This document shows positions 32,213 to 42,129 of a stretch of DNA of 64,000 bases, piece after piece. The stretch lies in IMG/VR virus record IMGVR_UViG_2565956708_000007; one strand, given 5' to 3'. Numbering within the stretch: position 1 is the stretch's first letter; each line of letters begins with the position of its first letter. The translations under genes and the position numbers were made by a program. The stretch is from a virus (Duplodnaviria > Heunggongvirae > Uroviricota > Caudoviricetes). The notes beneath the pieces were generated by a model that saw only the letters and a list, made by a program, of their open reading frames with translations, was not told where the DNA came from and did no database searches.

Positions 32213-33256
32213 TTATCTAACGCTCGACGAGTGACTTGTGATAGCGCCGACTCCAAGCGCGTAATCAAAGAACAATCGTTGATGCATCGCCAGCCTACCG
32301 TGCGTCTTCTCCCAATTATCGCGGTCACGCTCAATATCACGCTGGCATGACTGGCACAGAGGAATAGCATAAATGTCATGCGCGCATAATCGACTATGAC
32401 GAACGATATAAGGCGTAATGTGAGCGCCAGCTCCCGCAGCTCCACAGCCACAGCATGGACGGGAAGCCACAAAGTCCATGTACTCGGGCAATTTTAGCGA
32501 TTGAAGTTTTGGTATTTTGAAATGCGCCATATCTGGGTCGGAGTCAACATCCACAGGGCATACTTTTGCACGCATTGGCGCGGCGCGTTCTTCCATCATC
32601 TGAACATATGCTGTAGCGCGATCGTCATACGGGCGAATATCCGCCTCTTTCAGAGGTCCGCTATCCTGCGGAGTAGCCTTCATCTTATTTATTGATATGC
32701 GGCAGACTTCTTCCGGCATCAGGTGCATCATGTTGCGCATGAAAGCCCACCAGCACAGTTCCTGAATACTTAAATCATGGCCATCTGAAAGCCCCATTTC
32801 CTGACGGGCGACATCCAGTATCCAGTTAACGCGATTATTATGCAGCGTTTCTTTCAGCTCATTAAAACCACGCATCCGGTAATGGTTATCGTGATGCCAG
32901 CACAACAACACCGCGCTCTTGTCTCGTTCAGCGTGGACAATATGGTTGTCACACCAACTACGATCTGCGGCCTGGCATTGACCCTCTTTCCTACGCAACC
33001 ACGCCACCAGCGAGTCAATTCCACCAATACGGCGAAACAGTTCATCGCTGTTAAAAAACGGCTGCAACGCCTCATTTGTTGCCATGGTTTGCTCGGTAAC
33101 AACGAGGCCGTCTTCCATGTGCTCGATTAACTCACGCGGCACCGGCTCCATAATAAATTTACGGCCAGCCTCCACCAGCTTTCTGACCTCCTGATCCACT
33201 TTGAACGTGGCGAGGCCAAGCTCTTTCTGTACAAAGGGAGTAATTATGGCTTTCAC
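32213..33256 (-). CDS. pdcB: PdcB-like protein with C-terminal Cys-rich cluster
   Basis: 347 aa downstream of doc; CCGCG...CAHD...CQSCQ. Confidence 0.5.
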   Translation of the reverse strand: MKAIITPFVQKELGLATFKVDQEVRKLVEAGRKFIMEPVPRELIEHMEDGLVVTEQTMATNEALQPFFNSDELFRRIGGIDSLVAWLRRKEGQCQAADRSWCDNHIVHAERDKSAVLLCWHHDNHYRMRGFNELKETLHNNRVNWILDVARQEMGLSDGHDLSIQELCWWAFMRNMMHLMPEEVCRISINKMKATPQDSGPLKEADIRPYDDRATAYVQMMEERAAPMRAKVCPVDVDSDPDMAHFKIPKLQSLKLPEYMDFVASRPCCGCGAAGAGAHITPYIVRHSRLCAHDIYAIPLCQSCQRDIERDRDNWEKTHGRLAMHQRLFFDYALGVGAITSHSSSVR

Positions 33257-33283
33257 ATCACACCTTTAATCACTGATTGGGCT

Positions 33284-33484
33284 TTATCTGCTGCCCGGCA
33301 TTCTCTGTTTAAGCACAACCATTTCCTGACGGCATAACACAGCAATAGCGGTCCTGACTCCAATTTGCTTACCAACCAGGTATTGCTTTACCTTGCGGCG
33401 GCTCACGCCATCAAGAAGCATCTTTAACGCTTCACGAGACAACTTGTTGTATTTACGTGCCATTAATCTACTCCGCAGAACCAT
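33284..33484 (-). CDS. Small basic protein
   Basis: 66 aa ORF overlapping doc stop. Confidence 0.3.
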   Translation of the reverse strand: MVLRSRLMARKYNKLSREALKMLLDGVSRRKVKQYLVGKQIGVRTAIAVLCRQEMVVLKQRMPGSR

Positions 33485-33848
33485 ACAATCTACGTAACGT
33501 GTCGGCGACAGAAGATACAGATATCTCGCCAGTCGCAGCGCCTACAGTAAGGTCTGCCAGTTCAGGTGAATCAAATACCTGCACCCCGTTACGGCGTAGA
33601 AATAGCAGCGCACTGTTTAGCGCGGTACGCTTATTGGCATCATTGAATATATGCCCTCTCGCTGTAGCCACCAGGTAGGTGGCGGAGACTTCGAAAAGGT
33701 CGGTGATCTCTTCGTAGGCAACTCTGGCCTGAACTCTCCCGATAATGGCCTCTGCCCTACCCGGATCAGACATTCCCGGCAGGCCGCCGTAGCGGCTTAT
33801 ATTCGCATCATGAAGCGCAACAAGTTCTTCCGGTGATATATGTCTCAT
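33468..33848 (-). CDS. doc: Doc toxin (Fic-fold kinase)
   Basis: 126 aa [39 protein letters not shown]... Confidence 0.92.
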
Positions 33849-34069
33849 TATCGGTTAACCATTTCCTTGTTGGTGGAGTCCAGGGTGTCAAACAGGGATG
33901 CAAATTCAGCATCCAGCGCCGCTTTTTTGTAGGCTTCGAAAGTAGCCTTGCTGACAATTACTGCTGGCTCACGGCCTCTGCGGGTGATTTCAACCTCTTC
34001 CCCGGCTTCAACATTGTTGAGCACTTCAGAAAGGTTGCCACGCGCGGTACGGAAGTTAATGGATTGCAT
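33848..34069 (-). CDS. phd: Phd antitoxin
   Basis: [73 protein letters not shown]. Confidence 0.92.
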   Translation of the reverse strand: MQSINFRTARGNLSEVLNNVEAGEEVEITRRGREPAVIVSKATFEAYKKAALDAEFASLFDTLDSTNKEMVNR

Positions 34070-34141
34070 AAACACCTCGTGTACTCGTTATGTGTACACA
34101 ATTATAAACTTCACAGGCATAAAGCACCAGCACTTTGCAGC

Positions 34142-34531
34142 TTAAATAACCGGACAATCATCAAATTCCCCACTTCGGGCATCATTGATGACATGAGTGA
34201 TCACACCAAAAACAGCATTACTGCCCGTGTATCCATCGTCATCTACTGGTAACGCCTCTTTCTTCCCGGTGCTTAAGTCCTCCAGGTGCTGGCGCGGATA
34301 CTTCCTGTATCTCTTTATGCGATATTCACCCTCCATAGCGCACACAAGCAGAGAACCATCAACCGGAGTAAGCGAGGAATCAACCACCAGCAAAGCACCC
34401 TGCAATATTCCCTCACGGTGATGGCTATCAGCTGCCCGCATGAAGTAGGTTGCTGATGGATGTCTAATTATCTGCTGATCAAGAGAAATTCGGCTTTCAA
34501 CATAATCCGCCGCAGGAGAAGGGAAGCCCAT
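34142..34531 (-). CDS. humD: HumD, UmuD-prime homolog
   Basis: 129 aa, LexA/UmuD-type peptidase fold sequence; LexA box 20 bp upstream. Confidence 0.8.
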   Translation of the reverse strand: MGFPSPAADYVESRISLDQQIIRHPSATYFMRAADSHHREGILQGALLVVDSSLTPVDGSLLVCAMEGEYRIKRYRKYPRQHLEDLSTGKKEALPVDDDGYTGSNAVFGVITHVINDARSGEFDDCPVI

Positions 34532-34549
34532 AGCGTTTTACCTCAATGA

Positions 34550-34569
34550 TACTGTTTATTCATACAGTA
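34550..34569. promoter_or_regulatory. LexA box (TACTGTTTATTCATACAGTA)
   Basis: CTGT-N8-ACAG immediately upstream of humD. Confidence 0.7.
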
Positions 34570-34654
34570 TACATTGAAAAGGCATAGTTTGTGAAAGCGG
34601 GGTTTGTAGGCGCGCCACGCTGGGGGCTAATCACATTTCTCCCCCATCTTGCCG

Positions 34655-34906
34655 TTATTTTTTTGGTGCATCCTCGTTCTGATACACCGGATCGCTCCCT
34701 TTTGGCAACTGGAGGCTTAACTGCCGGTAGTGCCGTAGCCGTTCCATGAAATAGGCGCGCAGGTTTTCCGGTTGCTCACGGGCCACCTGCTCTGCAATCA
34801 CAGGTATATTCAGCCGTTCTTTGTAAGCAACGCCGCTGGCGGCAAGGTCTACGTTCACCTTGTCTCGCTCTTCCTGGCTTTTAGCTGCTATATTTCGATC
34901 TGACAC
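34655..34906 (-). CDS. hot: Hot, homolog of DNA pol III theta subunit
   Basis: 83 aa; by size and position. Confidence 0.7.
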   Translation of the reverse strand: MSDRNIAAKSQEERDKVNVDLAASGVAYKERLNIPVIAEQVAREQPENLRAYFMERLRHYRQLSLQLPKGSDPVYQNEDAPKK

Positions 34907-34938
34907 AAGAAACCTCCAGGAGTTAGTGGATCAGGCAC

Positions 34939-35289
34939 ATGCACAATAACGTTCTCAATGTTAGCCGTTCAATTCAGACAATCAGAGACTGCACCAGTGT
35001 GGTGGCATCAATCCCATTGCGAAACAGCATAGACGAACTGCAAATTCGTGTATTGAATCCGAATCAGGCTAATAAGCAATTGCGCTTTATTTTGACGCTG
35101 AAAAGTGAAACAGAGGGGATAAAGCACAGCGTAAAAGTGTTTTCTGAGGCCATTCTGCTTAATGGGAAGCTCCGGCATCTGGTAAGGCCAGAACGTCAAT
35201 ATCCTGACGTCCTGGCGCGTGAAAAAGACCTTCTTTCTGAAGTTCAGGATAGGGTGATCGATTTCGTCAAATGCTATCCCCTGCATTGA
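34939..35289 (+). CDS. Hypothetical protein
   Basis: 116 aa, only plus-strand ORF in this block. Confidence 0.3.
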   Translation: MHNNVLNVSRSIQTIRDCTSVVASIPLRNSIDELQIRVLNPNQANKQLRFILTLKSETEGIKHSVKVFSEAILLNGKLRHLVRPERQYPDVLAREKDLLSEVQDRVIDFVKCYPLH

Positions 35290-35558
35290 GGGCAGGTGTT
35301 CCCTTCCGCAAAGTAGGGAAAATTGCTATCAAGTTCATCACACCATCTGCGATGGTCGTAGCACCAAAACGCCTCCCACGGTGCACGGAAATACTTCATC
35401 CACCAGGACACTCGATCAGGTATATCTGCTGGTGGCAGTTCTTCTGGCAATAATTTGCCTGATAATTCCCTTTCCGCCCGCGACAGCATTTTTTTGAGGC
35501 TCGCGTTCTCTTTTTCAAGCTCATCTACGCGCACCTGTAATTCAGCTTTCGTTGGCAT
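35274..35558 (-). CDS. Hypothetical coiled-coil protein with C-terminal CPQCRG zinc-ribbon-like end
   Basis: Internal start MPTKAEL; displayed sequence and track disagree by 1 nt here, coordinates approximate. Confidence 0.35.
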   Translation of the reverse strand: MPTKAELQVRVDELEKENASLKKMLSRAERELSGKLLPEELPPADIPDRVSWWMKYFRAPWEAFWCYDHRRWCDELDSNFPYFAEGNTCPQCRG

Positions 35559-36222
35559 GGTCCACCTCATGCTTTTCAGCCACCAGCGGCAATAAAGCCC
35601 TGGCCATCTTATGAACCAATAGTGCATCAATAATGCCAAGCGTATGCCCCGGCTTAATGTTTAATGCCGCCTCAAGGCGACACCTTTCCAGGCCACTTTT
35701 CTCGGCTTGTTTATGATGATCTGGTGTAATAACGTCGCCCAAAACACGGCTAATTCTTTCTCGTAATTGCTGGGTGCCAGCACACTTGATCGCTGTATCG
35801 TGGAGACGGTTAACCAGTTCGCGATAAACATGCGGCTTAATTCGGATACGTTCACCGGTGACGCCCTTTCCTGGTGCTGGCACCGAACTATCCGGAATAT
35901 CCGGATAGTTGCCAGCCTCGTAAGCTACCCGCAGCCAGTGCATGAATGTTTCAGTGGACACACAACCACAGTCCACATCGATTTTTCCGCGTTGCTGTTC
36001 CAGCCACTGCTCAAAATTCAATCTACACGTATTACTTTCATGTTGCTCTTTTTGTCTCAAGGCCAGCACCTGTTGGGCCAGTTCCAGAACGATACCGGGT
36101 GACGCTAACCTCTCAAATTCCAATAAATAGTTTGCGTCAGGATGACAAGTAGCCTCGCCTGCAAAAAATACCAATTGCTGTAAGTATGCTGTCGTTAGAG
36201 TAGTCATTTCTTTTTGCGCCAT
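35542..36222 (-). CDS. Hypothetical protein
   Basis: 226 aa ORF in a tightly packed operon. Confidence 0.45.
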   Translation of the reverse strand: MAQKEMTTLTTAYLQQLVFFAGEATCHPDANYLLEFERLASPGIVLELAQQVLALRQKEQHESNTCRLNFEQWLEQQRGKIDVDCGCVSTETFMHWLRVAYEAGNYPDIPDSSVPAPGKGVTGERIRIKPHVYRELVNRLHDTAIKCAGTQQLRERISRVLGDVITPDHHKQAEKSGLERCRLEAALNIKPGHTLGIIDALLVHKMARALLPLVAEKHEVDHANES

Positions 36223-36578
36223 TTCTTTTCACATTCCTTAGTCCATTTTTCAATGTTCATTTTGGCAATATCAGTCATTCCATCACCTAAGAAATACTTT
36301 TTCCGGTACGTCTTGCACTTAAACCACACTACAACAGCCACCAGCCAGAAAATAAAAGGCCATACGGCAATACCAACTCCAGCCGCGATAAAGCCCAATA
36401 TCCATAAATGAAGCTCTCCAACTTCTGTTTCCGGCAATATTCTTAAAGAATTAAACAGCAGGCTGAACGAATGGTCGTATGCATTGGCAGTATAAGACAT
36501 GCAATCCATATAATTAAAGTCATAGCCTGCGGCTGCCGCCCATAATGGGCGGTCAAGAAAATGTTTTAGTGTCATCAT
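36204..36578 (-). CDS. Hypothetical membrane protein
   Basis: 124 aa with hydrophobic core and Lys-rich tail. Confidence 0.4.
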   Translation of the reverse strand: MMTLKHFLDRPLWAAAAGYDFNYMDCMSYTANAYDHSFSLLFNSLRILPETEVGELHLWILGFIAAGVGIAVWPFIFWLVAVVVWFKCKTYRKKYFLGDGMTDIAKMNIEKWTKECEKKWRKKK

Positions 36579-36584
36579 ATTAAT

Positions 36585-36878
36585 TTAAGGTTCAGACCAG
36601 TTATCTTCAATAGCAATGCTTAATCTTTGTAGCCATTCTGCTAATTTCAGCATTGCTTCTCTTTCGCTTAAACCACACGGAAAATCATCAAGCGATATTG
36701 TTGGCTTGAAGTTTCCCAAATTATCCATTTCAACGGTCAGATTTTGCTCCAGAACGGTATTTCTTACGCGGCTATTGTGCCGAAGCAAATATACTGAACG
36801 TGATTTATTGGTTTTGTGGTCGAACGTATATTCGGTAAGTATCATCTGACTTCCGCCATGATTATTACCGCGCCACAT
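36585..36878 (-). CDS. Hypothetical protein
   Basis: 97 aa ORF. Confidence 0.4.
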   Translation of the reverse strand: MWRGNNHGGSQMILTEYTFDHKTNKSRSVYLLRHNSRVRNTVLEQNLTVEMDNLGNFKPTISLDDFPCGLSEREAMLKLAEWLQRLSIAIEDNWSEP

Positions 36879-36901
36879 AATTACTCCGTGTTAATTGAAA
36901 T

Positions 36902-37183
36902 TTAGCTATTAATCTTCACTTTTATCGCGAACACCTTTACCGGTTTATCACCGAAGTGTGGATGTGTGATTGTTTTTATTTCATATCCGTTATACGGGAC
37001 GTCAATTCTGCGACTGAAGTCTTCGCGCTTCGGATATCCCTTTGTGATAATCAGGCGGTAATACTTACGGTTAACGAGGCGCTTATTCCAGTAGTCATTA
37101 CACAGGCGATACTCTTCCGTTTTCTCCCCGCGAATCATGGCATCGAAGTATTCACCTTTAACGGCAAGTTGCAGGTTAGCCAT
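36902..37183 (-). CDS. PUA/ASCH-like (DUF3850-type) small protein
   Basis: MANLQLAVKGEYFDAMIRGEKTEEYRL pattern. Confidence 0.4.
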   Translation of the reverse strand: MANLQLAVKGEYFDAMIRGEKTEEYRLCNDYWNKRLVNRKYYRLIITKGYPKREDFSRRIDVPYNGYEIKTITHPHFGDKPVKVFAIKVKINS

Positions 37184-37443
37184 TACCTCACCTCCAGTCT
37201 CCATACCGCCTGACCAATCCGGCTGGCATGGGTATCTTTGGATACTGTTCCGTCTTTAGCCAGCTCCATAAGAATTTTGCGCAAATCTGCCGAACGCCAT
37301 TCTTCATCAGGAAATTCCTTCTCCATTGCCAACCGCAGATTCCAGGTTGCCATCCTGAATGGATATTCCCCGCCGAGAGCTTTATCTTGCAGGGCAGCCC
37401 GGGAACGCATCACCTGCAAAACCTTCTCTTTTACATCCATCAT
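37183..37443 (-). CDS. Hypothetical protein
   Basis: Internal start MMDVKEK. Confidence 0.3.
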   Translation of the reverse strand: MMDVKEKVLQVMRSRAALQDKALGGEYPFRMATWNLRLAMEKEFPDEEWRSADLRKILMELAKDGTVSKDTHASRIGQAVWRLEVR

Positions 37444-38333
37444 TTCGCCTCCTGCGGCGGTTCTGGTAGCGGCATCCAGAACAAGGCGTTCCCTAACCAC
37501 GATAAAGTGCCGTCGCTCAACTCCACGTATTCCCCTTGTACCTGTCCTGCCATATACTCGCCGTGCTTTGAATAAATTAAAATCCAATCATCTTGAGGGG
37601 GCATTCGCTCACTACAGCTTATCCAACCATCCGGAGTTACCGGAACTTGTGGAATGGCTGTCTGCTCTCGAACGTCATTAGGCGCTATAGGTTCTGCTGC
37701 CAACTGACTGGCATATTTGTTAATGGTAACGATAAGCTCTTGCTCAGCCTCATCCAGACAATCACCGATACCTCGCCTGTCACCGTCAAAATCATCGAAA
37801 TCGGCACGAATCCTGGCAACCTTCAGGATTGCGGACAACACCTCACTAGGAATTGCCGGATAGTTGGTTGACGTTTCCGCGATTTCCCGAAAATTATTGG
37901 TTGACGAATTCTTGTTTTCCCGAAAGTTTCCGGACTGAAGCATGGCGGCGCGGCAGGCGTTCCATATTTCGGCAGCAATATCGCGCTCGCTATCGGTTAA
38001 TTTGTACGTTGAAACATAGCCAGAGAGCATTTCTACGTTTTCCGGAGTTGCTTCTTCAGGCACTACCGGTGCTGGAGGGGCGGCGTAAATGCCCTCTATC
38101 ACTAAATGTTTGCGCTCAAAATCATCTGGCTCTCGATGATATACGTAACTCCAATCACCAAGGTTATCATTGCGCCTGCAACGGAAACCTATCGGCTCTG
38201 CTTCCAGCGATGCCAGAGCAATTCGTGCCAGTTCTTCCGCTTCTTCTGCTGGCAGTACAACGTTGCTACCAGGTCCGTATGTTTCGCGCCACTGCCTGAT
38301 TGTCAGCAGTCGCTCTTTGGTAATAGTGATCAT
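37440..38333 (-). CDS. Hypothetical protein with DUF551-like C-terminus; shares an N-terminal module with the ORF at 39208-39570
   Basis: C-terminal WISCSERMPPQDDWILIY...WMPLPEPP; N-terminal MITITKER...ELARIALASLEAEP. Confidence 0.5.
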   Translation of the reverse strand: MITITKERLLTIRQWRETYGPGSNVVLPAEEAEELARIALASLEAEPIGFRCRRNDNLGDWSYVYHREPDDFERKHLVIEGIYAAPPAPVVPEEATPENVEMLSGYVSTYKLTDSERDIAAEIWNACRAAMLQSGNFRENKNSSTNNFREIAETSTNYPAIPSEVLSAILKVARIRADFDDFDGDRRGIGDCLDEAEQELIVTINKYASQLAAEPIAPNDVREQTAIPQVPVTPDGWISCSERMPPQDDWILIYSKHGEYMAGQVQGEYVELSDGTLSWLGNALFWMPLPEPPQEAK

Positions 38334-38845
38334 GCCGCGTTTCCTTCTTTCTTATTAACAATTACACCGTCATATATTTCATTAAGGTGCCCTCTCAACT
38401 CCATGCGCCTTAATGCAGATAACATGTAATCGCATTCAACCTGCTTATTTCCAGTAAATGGCTTATCGTCAGGATTACCCCAACAGCAATTACCCTTGGG
38501 CCACCCATGTACTTTCCGTACTCTTCCGTTAACAACGTGAAGTAATCCCCAGCCAGGTGGTAAATCCTCAACTGAAATAATTCCCGGCTCACTAATAAAG
38601 AATCGCCAGTCGCCCATTCCAAGAGATGGATTTTTACGAAAACGCTTTTTTCTATCTGCCAACAAGTCAGCACGAGAACACTTCGCCTCTATCAGGCATG
38701 ATGCTGAATTTCTGAATCCCATAGCATCTGGCTGTTCTCCGGTACTGGTTACAGCTATAAAGCGGTCATGAAAACAAACCTTGAACCCGTTGCGCTTAAG
38801 GAACTTATACGCAATCTGACAGAGTTCGCGGTGTGTTAACGCCAT
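38330..38845 (-). CDS. Putative PD-(D/E)xK-family nuclease
   Basis: GEQPDAMGF ... CLIEAKCSRAD motif; start defined by conserved AAGGAGAGTGATATGGC initiation region. Confidence 0.45.
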   Translation of the reverse strand: MALTHRELCQIAYKFLKRNGFKVCFHDRFIAVTSTGEQPDAMGFRNSASCLIEAKCSRADLLADRKKRFRKNPSLGMGDWRFFISEPGIISVEDLPPGWGLLHVVNGRVRKVHGWPKGNCCWGNPDDKPFTGNKQVECDYMLSALRRMELRGHLNEIYDGVIVNKKEGNAA

Positions 38846-39207
38846 ATCACTCTCCTTTAGTGCGCAAGTGGTTTTTCCAGCGGTTTTGCGCCGCGCTGGG
38901 CTTTTTGCAAAAACCACAATCCATCATCCCGTAATATTTCATCAACCCCATCCGTCGGTTGCTGAGTCTCACCCACTGCCAGACGCCAGGAGCGTTTCTA
39001 CGAACTAACAGAATCTTTGCTTTACGGTTTTTCATCGCTTTGCTCTCCTGCGTCTCTTTGCTGCTCGTCGTGCCGCTGCAATACCGGTATGGCGGCGCTT
39101 TGGTGCCGGGATGATGTTGTCAGCCATCAGGACATGTGGCTTTGCAATTAGCGCAGAAGCCCAAAAACGAGTCGGGTACGGTAACAAGCCGAAAAATGCC
39201 ACACGCA

Positions 39208-39570
39208 TTACTCACCTCCCTTACCCTGAAGCATGGCAGCGCGGCAGGCGTTCCAGCCATCAACATAATCAAACGTATTGCTATCGTCTGGATCGATTTC
39301 ATCCGGCACTACCGGCTCTGGTTGGATAGTGACGTTGGCAAAGGCAGCACGCAAACCGGCCTTAATTTCCTCTACTTCATCAGCGCCTAGCGATGAATCT
39401 GACAATGCGTGATGGAATGCGTAAGCCATGTCGTCGTTTACTGCAACCGGTTCGGCTTCCAGTGATGCCAGCGCAATTCGTGCCAGTTCCATTTGTTCGC
39501 CACGGGTAAGCCCGTTATCAAGCGGATTTTTAATGAATAATTCGATACGTTCTTTGGTAATAGTGGTCAT
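39208..39570 (-). CDS. Hypothetical protein, paralog of the N-terminal module of 37440-38333
   Basis: MTTITKER...ELARIALASLEAEP...WNACRAAMLQ. Confidence 0.45.
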   Translation of the reverse strand: MTTITKERIELFIKNPLDNGLTRGEQMELARIALASLEAEPVAVNDDMAYAFHHALSDSSLGADEVEEIKAGLRAAFANVTIQPEPVVPDEIDPDDSNTFDYVDGWNACRAAMLQGKGGE

Positions 39571-39776
39571 TTGTTAATCCTCAAAACTTTATGCCCGGGC
39601 GCAAAAGCACGTGTTTTGTCTTTACTTATTCGCCACCCGTCTTTACGGGCCTCTTTTGCACAACCAGACCATGACGTACCGATATACTCACCGAAGTCTG
39701 GCACTGGATATACACCTTCCGTACACTGGCGGCAGTCACAATAGAGATGCATGGTGTAACTTGCAGCGATAGCCAT
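39567..39776 (-). CDS. Small Cys-rich protein
   Basis: Start set by the same conserved initiation region AAGGAGAGTGATATGGC; CDCRQC motif. Confidence 0.4.
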   Translation of the reverse strand: MAIAASYTMHLYCDCRQCTEGVYPVPDFGEYIGTSWSGCAKEARKDGWRISKDKTRAFAPGHKVLRINK

Positions 39777-39777
39777 A

Positions 39778-40410
39778 TCACTCTCCTTTGATGCGAATGC
39801 CAGGGGCGCGTGGCACATTAACTTCCACGATGCGCACAGTTGGTTTGTACATCTCAATCGCAGTCAGCCAGTCAGCGCCAGTCATGCGCTTTTCTGCATC
39901 GCCATTAGTCCACTTAACCGGTACACCAATAGCCTTCATCGCGATTTCTATTTCCCCGGCAATGGCGCTTTTTCCGCAACCAGTAAAACCAGATACAACG
40001 ACCAGAACTTCACCTTTGGCTGGTTTTATTTCCCGCTCCTCCAGTTCAGCAATGCGCTTACTCCCATCCGAGATAACACCTTCGTAATACTCACGCTGCT
40101 CGTTGAGTTTTGATTTTGTCTCCTCAAGCTCAACTCTCAGCTTCCCAACCGTAAGCGCAATATCCTCGTTCTCCTGGTCGCGGGATTTGATGTATTGCTG
40201 GTTCCTTTCCCGTTCATCCAGTAGTGCCAGCACGGTTTCTGGTCCGGCCAGAAATTTGAAGGCGTTGAGCGCATCAATATCCACACCGTAATCTTTAAGT
40301 TCCTGTTCACTTAACAAATCATCATCAGCTGGCAACATTAACAGGCGTTCCATTGCTGGAATTGCACGTTCCGCCGCCTCACGCAGTGCCTGGTAATTAA
40401 TTTCGCTCAC
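39778..40410 (-). CDS. Ea22-like coiled-coil protein (paralog 1 of 3)
   Basis: N-terminal INYQALREAAERA, coiled-coil middle. Confidence 0.45.
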   Translation of the reverse strand: MSEINYQALREAAERAIPAMERLLMLPADDDLLSEQELKDYGVDIDALNAFKFLAGPETVLALLDERERNQQYIKSRDQENEDIALTVGKLRVELEETKSKLNEQREYYEGVISDGSKRIAELEEREIKPAKGEVLVVVSGFTGCGKSAIAGEIEIAMKAIGVPVKWTNGDAEKRMTGADWLTAIEMYKPTVRIVEVNVPRAPGIRIKGE

Positions 40411-41141
40411 TGGTTGCCTCCTTTGCGAAGCTGGGCAGCAAAGTCAACTAACCACTCAGTCATTTCAACCTTCCCTACCAGGTCTGAACCAGGGTGCATA
40501 CAGCAATCACTCTGCGCCGCTTTGAAATCCTTATACTCATATTCTTGGGCCACCAGATTTTTTGCAGCTTCTATAGCAGCATCCACGCCCTGCGCCCGCA
40601 CTTCAGCCAGGAAAGCATCGGTGGCTGGCATATTTCCTGTTGCCTTCATGGCCTCCAAAATAACCAGAACGCCATCTCGCCCAACCACCTCAGCGATAAC
40701 CTCGGTGTTGTCGCCAACAACATCGCAGAATGCCTGAACTGCCTTACGAGCCAGCTCATTCTCCACTGCCAGCGCCGTGCGATTACCCTCCAGCTCTGCA
40801 ATGCGCTGTTTTGCGGCATCCAGTTCAATCGACAATTTTTCCAACTGCTCTTGATGCTTCTTGTATTCCTGATATGCGTGCCAAGACTGACCTTTGCGCA
40901 CACTATCAGTGATATCAGTAATCTGTTCTGGTGTTAGCGTGGTCAGTGGCTGTGATGGGAAAATAAGCACTTTCCCGGAATCCCAATCAAAACCAGCGTG
41001 AATTGACTGAACCTCAACTGAAGGTGTTGAACCAATGCTGCCAGGCGAATGAACAACGATTGTTACATCCATATCGCGACGATGGCTGTGGTTGTTGGAC
41101 AAAATACGATTCACCAACTCAGAAAATTTGGAAAATTTCAT
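40407..41141 (-). CDS. Ea22-like protein (paralog 2 of 3)
   Basis: Shares ATDAFLAEVRA and C-terminal EWLVDFAAQLRKGGNQ with 41425-42129. Confidence 0.45.
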   Translation of the reverse strand: MKFSKFSELVNRILSNNHSHRRDMDVTIVVHSPGSIGSTPSVEVQSIHAGFDWDSGKVLIFPSQPLTTLTPEQITDITDSVRKGQSWHAYQEYKKHQEQLEKLSIELDAAKQRIAELEGNRTALAVENELARKAVQAFCDVVGDNTEVIAEVVGRDGVLVILEAMKATGNMPATDAFLAEVRAQGVDAAIEAAKNLVAQEYEYKDFKAAQSDCCMHPGSDLVGKVEMTEWLVDFAAQLRKGGNQ

Positions 41142-41461
41142 GCTGATTCCCCTTTCTCTGCTCTCTCCTGTCGGAACATCACTATCATCAGGTCGCCTTT
41201 TGTCGCTATCCTGGCTGTTGTACCTGGTTCAATGCGGCTAAGCTCAAATGCGTCATAGAACGCTTCTAATGCCTTCTGGCGTAGTTCCTGTTTGCGCCGT
41301 TTTTTCCACTGTTTTAGGAAAATGGAACCCAGCCATCGCCATGTGCGGGACATGATGTAAAGCCAACCGAGAAGTGCCAGACCGGTATTTAGGAGCGTAT
41401 CGATCGTTATTGTCGTGTCGATATTCACTGGCTGCTTCCTTTGCGAATCTGTTCCGCCCAT
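41138..41461 (-). CDS. Small membrane protein
   Basis: 107 aa ORF, hydrophobic N-terminus. Confidence 0.3.
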   Translation of the reverse strand: MGGTDSQRKQPVNIDTTITIDTLLNTGLALLGWLYIMSRTWRWLGSIFLKQWKKRRKQELRQKALEAFYDAFELSRIEPGTTARIATKGDLMIVMFRQERAEKGESA

Positions 41462-42129
41462 TCTTCAAGGGATTTCTCCGCATATTCACCAGACAGGCCA
41501 TCAATCGGATGCGCTTCATTAGCCAACTCTTCTTTCGCTGACAAAATCATGCGTGTAACGTCGAAAACTTCACGCAAAGACTTATTGATAAATCCGTGAT
41601 TGAACGCAGCAGCAAGACGGCTGGCGGTATAGTTAATCCCCTCGTTGCGTGCTTCCGCACGAATTTCAGCCAGAAAAGCATCGGTAGCTGGAGTTTCGCT
41701 GTGGTGCAGGGCATCGTTGATAATCATTGCAGCAACTCCGGCCTGCCCTGCATCCGTGACCGACACATGCTCAAGAGTTACGGCCATTGCGTGTTTCAGC
41801 CCGGCGTTCTCTGCCACCAGCGCCGCGAGCTTAGTCTCAAGCGGTGCTATTCGGCACATAGCATCAATATTTGTGTCCTCCAGGCGCTTAATTTCACCAA
41901 GTAGCTCCAGTGCAACCTTTGGGTTGAATGCGGCAACATAACGAGCGTTGTTCTCTGCGTTTTTCAGCCCATCAAAGCCGGTCCATTTGATAACATCTTC
42001 ACATCGTTTATCACCGGGCGTATGCACAGCATACGTACCTGTACCCGTCGAAATAAACGCGACCCATTCGCCCTGTGTTGCCTGTTTTGCTATCTCACGT
42101 AGTGCCTGATAGTTAATTTTGGTTGTCAT
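41425..42129 (-). CDS. Ea22-like protein (paralog 3 of 3)
   Basis: N-terminal INYQALREIAKQA, C-terminal ATDAFLAEIRA...EEWAEQIRKGSSQ. Confidence 0.45.
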   Translation of the reverse strand: MTTKINYQALREIAKQATQGEWVAFISTGTGTYAVHTPGDKRCEDVIKWTGFDGLKNAENNARYVAAFNPKVALELLGEIKRLEDTNIDAMCRIAPLETKLAALVAENAGLKHAMAVTLEHVSVTDAGQAGVAAMIINDALHHSETPATDAFLAEIRAEARNEGINYTASRLAAAFNHGFINKSLREVFDVTRMILSAKEELANEAHPIDGLSGEYAEKSLEEWAEQIRKGSSQ

